This document shows positions 56,739 to 64,000 of a DNA stretch of 64,000 bases, piece after piece. This DNA comes from Eledone cirrhosa. Lineage: Eukaryota. Position 1 is the stretch's first letter, and the number at the start of each line of letters is the position of its first letter. The notes below the pieces were generated by a model. It saw nothing but the letters and a program-made list of their open reading frames with translations. It ran no database searches and was not told the DNA's origin. The position numbers and the translations under genes were made by a program. The DNA is taken from positions 365,242,001-365,306,000 of the forward strand of contig OZ024742.1 in the NCBI GenBank assembly GCA_964016885.1, given 5' to 3'.

Positions 56739-56954
56739 CTCTTTGATTTTATATCTTTTATATTTAGCTAAAATCTTTCCATCATTATTTCATGAAAGAA
56801 CCTTGTAACCTTGTAACCTTATGTCGCCTACAACACAGTCATGATGAGAAAGTTAGTTTAACAGGGTCAGCATAAAGTCTTTCCTGATTGTAGACTTTTA
56901 TTATACAAAACACAAAAACTGACAATTTTATTTCATAGGTACCATTTTGTTACT

Positions 56955-57071
56955 GAAAATTACAACTACTTCCTGTAGAAGAGAAAATTACAACTACTTC
57001 CTGTAGAAGAGAAAATTACAACTACTTCCTGTAGTGGAGAAAATTACATCTACTTCCTGTAGAAGAGAAAA
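56955..57071. repeat. 28-bp tandem repeat (GAAAATTACAACTACTTCCTGTAGAAGA), 4 copies
   Basis: Read directly. Confidence 0.9.
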
Positions 57072-57925
57072 TATAAAACATGTTCAGAAAAATCGTTACA
57101 CTTGAAATTTATAGATTAAAACAACGAAAAAGTAAAATCTCAAATAGTATCCGAGATTTGGTATTTTATAATCAGGGGAAGACTTTGTGCTCACCCTGTC
57201 TAACTATCTTTCTAATCACTTGAATATTTTCAAAGTTATTTGAAAGTAAAAGGTAGCGACGTTTATAAGAAAAAAAAAGGACACGAAAGGGTTAGATCCA
57301 AATGACCTTTGAATTCCTTTTTAATTTTTGATTATTTTCAAACTTATTTGAAAATCGTAGGCAACGTATTTCATTATAATATGGTTAGGAAATACTCAGA
57401 AGGAACGTTTATAACCACCTCAGAATTCTTGATTATTTTCAAAAAACGATGTTTAATTACTGGCCATGATTGTCTTTAGAAATATGGTAACGAAATGGTT
57501 TGACCGAATTACTGTAAATTCTTGATTAATTTCAAATATATTTGAAAATCAGAAGCACTGACTTTATTTGGAAATATGGTAAGGAAGGGTTAAGTGATGT
57601 TAAAAGTTGAAAAATATATATCTGTAATGTAGTGAAAACATTCTGGCATTACCATTACTCTGCAAATGTGTCTTGTTTGAAGAAGCCAATTATTGATTAT
57701 TTGATTTGTTATTGATGTTGTTGGTCTTGTGATTGTAAATATCCTTTTATCTTCATGGAACTAAGAAATTGCAAGGTTTCAAGAGAGCTACAACGCTCTA
57801 ATGTTTATTTGGCGATTAATTATGAAACTAAATTCCACAATATAACAGTTGTATTTCTTTATGTATATATATATTGATACATAAATGCATACATGTATAC
57901 ACACAGATATACATATTGCATGCAT

Positions 57926-58049
<124 letters not shown>

Positions 58050-58382
58050 GTGTGTGTAGAGAGAGAGAAAGAGAGAAATATATAATAAATACATGTATAC
58101 ATATACACACGTACAATACATATATATGCATTCAAATATATATATATATAATTTCATATTACACACATGCATATATATATATATATATATGTAATGTGTG
58201 TGTGTGTCTGTGTGTGTTTATGTGTGAATTTATACATTATTTTATTTGGCTTCTGTTTCGAGAACTAATTAAAAATAATTCTATTATTATTAATCAATTA
58301 TCATATCCAATAAAACTGATATTGGAAGTGTTGCCATAGATTTAACGATAGAAATGTTGGGAGCTTATATATATTATTATAT

Positions 58383-58419
<37 letters not shown>

Positions 58420-58428
58420 TTATTATAT

Positions 58429-58465
<37 letters not shown>

Positions 58466-58474
58466 TTATTATAT

Positions 58475-58519
<45 letters not shown>

Positions 58520-58526
<7 letters not shown>

Positions 58527-58932
58527 AGATCAAAAGATGGTTAAAGGAGTTCAATATATTTTATTATGCGCATTTCAAAAACGAACATCATCAAACAATA
58601 ATATTTGTGTTTTCATCAGATAAAACAGGAGAACATGATATGAAGGCTAAAAAAAACACTTGTTGATAGTGCAGTTTTAAATCAACAAAACTGCACTATC
58701 AACAAGTGTTTTTTTTAGCCTTCATATCATGTTCTCCTGTTTTATCTGATGAAAACACAAATATTATTGTTTGATGATGTTTGTTTTTGAAATGCGCATA
58801 ATAAAATATATTGAACTCCTTTAACCATCTTTTGATCTTATATTATGCATACTCCAGTCCCACAAACTGTAGAGTGCTTCTTATCCGATATCTGCATTGC
58901 TTTATTGTACTACAATAAAACTCACCTCCTAC
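58520..58932 (+). mobile_element. Short family B insertion: palindrome with hammerheads at 58559-58625 (-) and 58740-58806 (+), plus tail
   Basis: Near-identical to the ends of 9830-12948, with the same arm start and the same tail. Confidence 0.88.
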
Positions 58933-58935
58933 ATA

Positions 58936-59096
<161 letters not shown>

Positions 59097-59098
59097 GT

Positions 59099-59350
59099 GA
59101 CGATAAATTAACGGAGCCATAGACTCTCGTTATTCCCTGTCAATAATGTGCTCAAAGGAGAAGAAATCCTGAGCCCTATATAATACAATATGTTGAAACG
59201 GTAACACACTAGAGATATACAGTGCGCCATCAATAAAACAGGGAAAACTCACCAGTGTATAGATTCCATACACTGGTGGTTTTCCCTGTTTTATTGATAG
59301 CGCACTGTCTCTCTCTAGTGTGTTACCGTTTCAACATATTGTATTATATA
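59099..59350 (-). mobile_element. Short inverted-arm insertion in (TA)n (family I)
   Basis: 59177-59260 is inverted relative to 59268-59350, with a ~78-nt tail. Confidence 0.5.
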
Positions 59351-59384
59351 TATATGGATGTGTATGTATATGCGTGTGTATATG

Positions 59385-62300
59385 CCTGGGGTGTCAGGGA
59401 GGAGCATATACCTCTAGGGGGGGGGGGGGCTGGCCATGCCTTTTTCAGGACAGCTCGTCCTGCATTGGGTCCCACCTGACACTCAGCTCTCACCTGTGGC
59501 CGCAAAAGCTGTCGCATGCGACAGCGGCCACACCCTTGTAAACTGCCTTGGCTGGCGGGCTGAACCAGGTTGAGGGTAGCCGGACGGGTCTGAAACCCCC
59601 CAGTGAGTTAGATAGGGGATTCTGCCCATGCATGCAAAGACTGGACCCGGCGGAGTGAGTGGAGCAGGACAACATCGTCCCAAGAGTCACGAAGGCGGCG
59701 ACAGCAAGCGGTGTGGTGCACTAGGGCCCTGCAAGGCACTACAGACGTCGTGGCTATCCACTGCAACCAACGAAGTCCCTGGTCGTGACGGTCCTCCGTA
59801 CCACCGGATTCTGGCTTCTGCGGCCGAGTGAATGGGACCTTCACTGTGCACTGGCCTTCCCACTATAAACCTTTCCCGAACAGGTTTCTTCTTTAGCGTG
59901 CACTCCCAAAGCCTTGCGGCGATGGGCGAGAGGCAGAGGTAACAGGTGGAGGTAACCTCTGGGAGTTGACAGTTCAAACCCACACTTGGGCGGCGTGGAT
60001 GCGCAAATCGTTCTCCTCCTGATCCTGGGATGAGAGAGGAGATCAGGCATTACACCGGGCGACTGAGCAGCCCTTTTCAGGGGAGCACTGCTCACAATCA
60101 CACGAGGGGAGGAACGATAAAAGGAGCCCTAATCAAATGCTCGTCCCACACAAAGCCGACCAGTCGAGCGCGGCTGGCGGTTTTACCCTTGCAAGCGGTC
60201 GAAACCAATATAATAGAAAGTAGAACTTGATTCTTGGCGCATGGTATGTGCGCACCCTCAAGGATAAGGAAACCTCCTTGAGGCCAGAGAGAAGAACTGC
60301 CCTCATAGCAAGGGAATTAGCTCGTTACCGGATCGACATAGCCGCCCTCACATAGATTAGACTTGAGGAAGAAGGATCAGTAGCAAAACCGAAAGGATGC
60401 TTCACCTTCTTCTGGAAGGATAATGCAAAGGACGAGGACAGAATCCACGGGGTAGGCCTGGCCATCAGGACTTCACTCTGCAAGCAGCTACCAGACCTCT
60501 CAACACCTGTGAGTGAGCGGCTGATGAAGCTCCGCTTCACCCTCGATCCATCTAGGCATGTTACAGTCATCAGCGCGTACGCCCCCACTCTCACCAGCAG
60601 CGATGAAGCAAAGGACGCTTTCTACGGGGAACTCAACATACTCGTGAAGGGCGTACCCCCAAGCGAAAAACTCATACTACTGGGGGACTTCAACGCAAGA
60701 GTCGGGTCTGACAGCAGCAACTGGAGAGGCGTACTGGGACCTCACGGCACAGGGAAGCGGAACTCTAACGGCCTCATACTGTTGAGTTTCTGCGCCGAGA
60801 ACGACATCACCATCACCAGCACACTGTTCCGCCAGGCAGACAAATTCAAGACGACGTGGATGCACCCCAAATCCAAACAGTGGCATCTGATTGACTTTGC
60901 CATGTGCCGCAGGAGGGACATCCGTGACGTCAGAATCACCAGGGCCATGCGTGGTGCAGAGTGTTGGACCGACCATCACCTGGTCAGGACCATCCTGTCA
61001 CTGCATATCAGCCCAATATATCGCAAGTTTCCGAAAGTCTGTAGGACAGCTTTCGACGTCGCACGATCAAGCAGCCAGAGCATCGTGATGCGTTCGCGGA
61101 AGACCTGAACGGCCAGCTGACTGCCCATGGCCACTGACCGGACCCTCAACTCAACAGTGGGACCAGTTCAGGTCGCTGGTGACAGAGTCAGCCAAGGCAA
61201 CCATCGGGCCGAGGAAGAGAGTCCACCAACCTGGTTTGATGAAAACGATGAGCGCATCAGACAACTCCTGGACAAGAACAGGAGGGCTTTCATTGAGTGG
61301 CAGAATGACAGCTCCTCCATCTCGAAGAGCGACCGCTTTTAGCAACTCCAGAGGCAGACCCAAGCAGTGCTACGCAGAATGCAGGACAAGTGGTGGGGAA
61401 AAAAGGCCGGAGAAGTCGAGAAATACGCTGAAACAAAGAACTCCAAGATGTTCTTCAGCGCCATCGGGTACGTCTACGGACCCCCAAAGCCTGTCACCAC
61501 ACTGCTGCTGTCACACACTGCTGACGGCTCGATCCTGCTGAAGAAGAAGAGCAGCATCAACTTGAGGTGGAGAGAACACTTCAGCAACCTGCTCAATAGG
61601 CCGTCCACTGTCGACCCTGCCGCCCTCGACCGGGTCCCACAGAAGCCCGTAGTCGACAGCCTCGACCCCCCTCCCCCCACGTTGGATGAAGTCACGAAGG
61701 CAATCAACCAGGCCAGCTCAGAAAGGCCCGTGGGAAGGACAGTATCCTGCCGAGATCTTCAAGTCGGCCGGTCCGGCTACCCTGGGACCTTCAACACCCT
61801 CCTCGTCAGCATATGGGAGGAAGAGGTACCCAAAGACTTCAGGGATGCCACAGTTGTCTCGCTTTTTAAGAACAAAGGCAGCAAAACTGACTGTGGAAAC
61901 TATCGGGGCATTTCTCTCCTGTCCATCGCTGGGAAGGTTCTGGCTCGGGTCATGCTCAACCGCCTCATTGCCAATATCTCGGAGGACAACATGCCTGAGG
62001 CCCAGTGTAGGTTCCGCCCAAACCGCAGCATGATCCACATGGTCTTCTCTGTACGCCAGGTGCAGGAGAAGTGTGTCGAGCAGAATATGATCCCCTTTGC
62101 CGCCTTCATAGACTTAACGAAGGCATTCGACACTGTCAACAGGGAGGCCCTCTGGTCGATCATGCCGAAGTTTGGGTGCCTGACAAAATTTGTGAACCTG
62201 ATACGGAAATTCCATGTCAACATGACCGGGCAGGTGCGCTCGGGCGGAGAGGCATCGGAGCCGTTCGGAATCACCAACGGCGTCAAGCAAGGAATCGTGC

Positions 62301-63412
62301 TAGCTCCCGTCCTCTTCAACCTGTTCTTCACCTGTGTGCTCAATCATGCCGCCAGGGACCTCGATCACGGAGTGTATCTGCGATACAGGCTGCGATACGG
62401 CCAAGATAAGGACCCTGCAGAGGATCGTCCTGGAGGCACTTTTTGCTGACGACTGTGCCCTCATGGTCCACAGGGAGTCTGACCTCCAACTCATCGTCAA
62501 CAAGTTCGCGGAGACCTCCTGCCTCTTCGGTCTCACAATTAGCCTTGGCAAGACTGAGGTCTTGTTCCAGCCTGCACCTGCCTCCGTCGCCCACCCTCCT
62601 TCCATCTCCATCGGAGGCACCCAACTAAAGACGGTGGACGACTTCAAGTACCTCGGCAGTGTCATCAGCAACGATGGAAGCCTCGACGAGGAGATAAACG
62701 CCAGAATCTGCAAGGCCAGTCAAGCCCTCGGTCGCCTGAGGACACGCGTCCTGAACCAGCACAACATCAGGCAGGCTACCAAGCTCAAGATGTACAGGGC
62801 CGTTGTTCTCACCAGCCTCCTCTACAGATGTGCGACATGGACCCTGTACAGAAGGCACCTGAAGCAGCTGGAACGGTTCCACATGCACAGCCTGCGGTCA
62901 ATCATGAACATCAAATGGCAGGACAAGGTCTCCGACATCGAAGTTCTTGACATGGCTGAGACAACCAGCGTCGAAGCTATGATACTGATGAGCCGACTCC
63001 GATGGGTGGGACAGGTCATCCGGATAGACGATCACAGGCTTCCGAAGCAACTGATGTATGGGGAACTCTGTTCGGGGAAACGAAAGAGGCGCAGGCCTCT
63101 CAAGAGGTTCAAAGACTGCGTGAAGTCCAGTATCAACAACACTGGAATCGCGCGAAGACTGAGTGGCGAACCCTTACCAGACGCGCCAAACACTCTTTTG
63201 AAGAGAAAAGACGGGTAGAGGTCACTGAGGCCCGTGAAAGGAGGAGAAAGGCATCAGTAGCTGCCCCAAGCGACTCCGGTCTCTTCTCCTTCCCCCACTG
63301 TCCCCGGACCTGCAAGTCAAGGATCGGACTCCACAGCCACCTTCGTGCCCATGGCAGACGGGAACTAAAATAAACATGATGTCATCATCGTTTACGATGG
63401 ACAACCAAGAGA
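59385..63412 (+). mobile_element. RTE (BovB-like) LINE, apparently full length, ORF disrupted
   Basis: RPERRTALIARELARY, SAYAPT, LLGDFNARVG, WTDH, NYRGISLL, DLTKAFD, GVKQG, LFADDCAL, C-terminal CPRTCKSRIGLHSHLRAH; 3' hairpin CATCGTTTACGATG. Confidence 0.93.
59388..59576 (+). ncRNA. HDV-like ribozyme fold at the RTE 5' end, probably partly decayed
   Basis: P1 GGGGTG/CACCCT, P2 CTCTCACCTG/CAGGTTGAGGG, P3 TGG/CCA, P4 CTGCC/GGCGG, J4/2 GCTGAA; the P1.1 GG appears mutated to TG. Confidence 0.65.
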
Positions 63413-63440
63413 TGTATATATATATATATATATACATACA

Positions 63441-63508
<68 letters not shown>

Positions 63509-63509
<1 letters not shown>

Positions 63510-64000
63510 TAGCAGAAGTGCCCGGCGTTGCTCGGGGCCGAATTGCTTGAAAGTACGATTATTCAGGCAAAGATTGATATAAGTTTACGCCGAATGAATC
63601 TATTTGTAAGTGTATAGAAAGCTCTGTAAAGGGGTTCCTACCCCCTCGTAGAATGGTGTAAGAATTGAATGTGAGGTTGCCTTGAAAAGGGCCATGTTAT
63701 TGTTCTCATAATTGTAAGAATTTGATAGTCATGGAAGGGGGTGTAAAACGTTCGCAGGTAAATAGGGCCTCTTCGTTTTCCACGAACGGCAGCGGATGTG
63801 CTGTTACAAAACTTCATGGTGTGTTAAAAGAGAATCGATGCCCTATGTAGGCAAGAGGGGAATTAAGTATGGGTAAGTAAATACGGATAATTTATAAAAT
63901 CTAGAACAATAGCATCTACTCTCCATATGTCAGACTGGCAAGACTGTAGTGGTGCTGAATAGATGAATCACAACACGTCTGTGGTGGAGATGTTGTTTTC
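63509..64000 (-). mobile_element. Helitron 3' end (element runs off the window)
   Basis: Minus strand CCCGAGCAACGCCGGG hairpin, then CTAG|T into (TA)n. Confidence 0.7.

Overview
Eukaryotic (animal) AT-rich, microsatellite-dense DNA. The SINE and repeat style resembles octopus/cephalopod genomes, which is an inference. No host gene is confidently visible and almost all of the window is mobile DNA. LINEs: two R4/Dong-type RLE LINEs, a Tx1-type LINE and tRNA-SINEs stacked in one (ATT)n array (13.4-27.5 kb), plus RTE, RTE-X-like and CR1-like copies. Other repeats: two Helitron remnants and a 10.7-kb 25-bp satellite with higher-order structure. The main finding is a dense set of Penelope-like (GIY-YIG) retroelements and short non-coding derivatives, nearly all inserted in (TA)n. 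They carry type I hammerhead ribozyme motifs of about nine unrelated sequence families, in about 17 full or partial copies. Several show compensatory base changes, palindromic stem III, tandem or circularly permuted retrozyme-like units, and a recurring mismatch at the base of stem II. One family has a CAGAAGA core variant. Most insertions have a stereotyped inverted-arm-plus-tail layout. An HDV-like ribozyme fold marks the 5' end of the RTE element. All folds were read by eye and none was computed.
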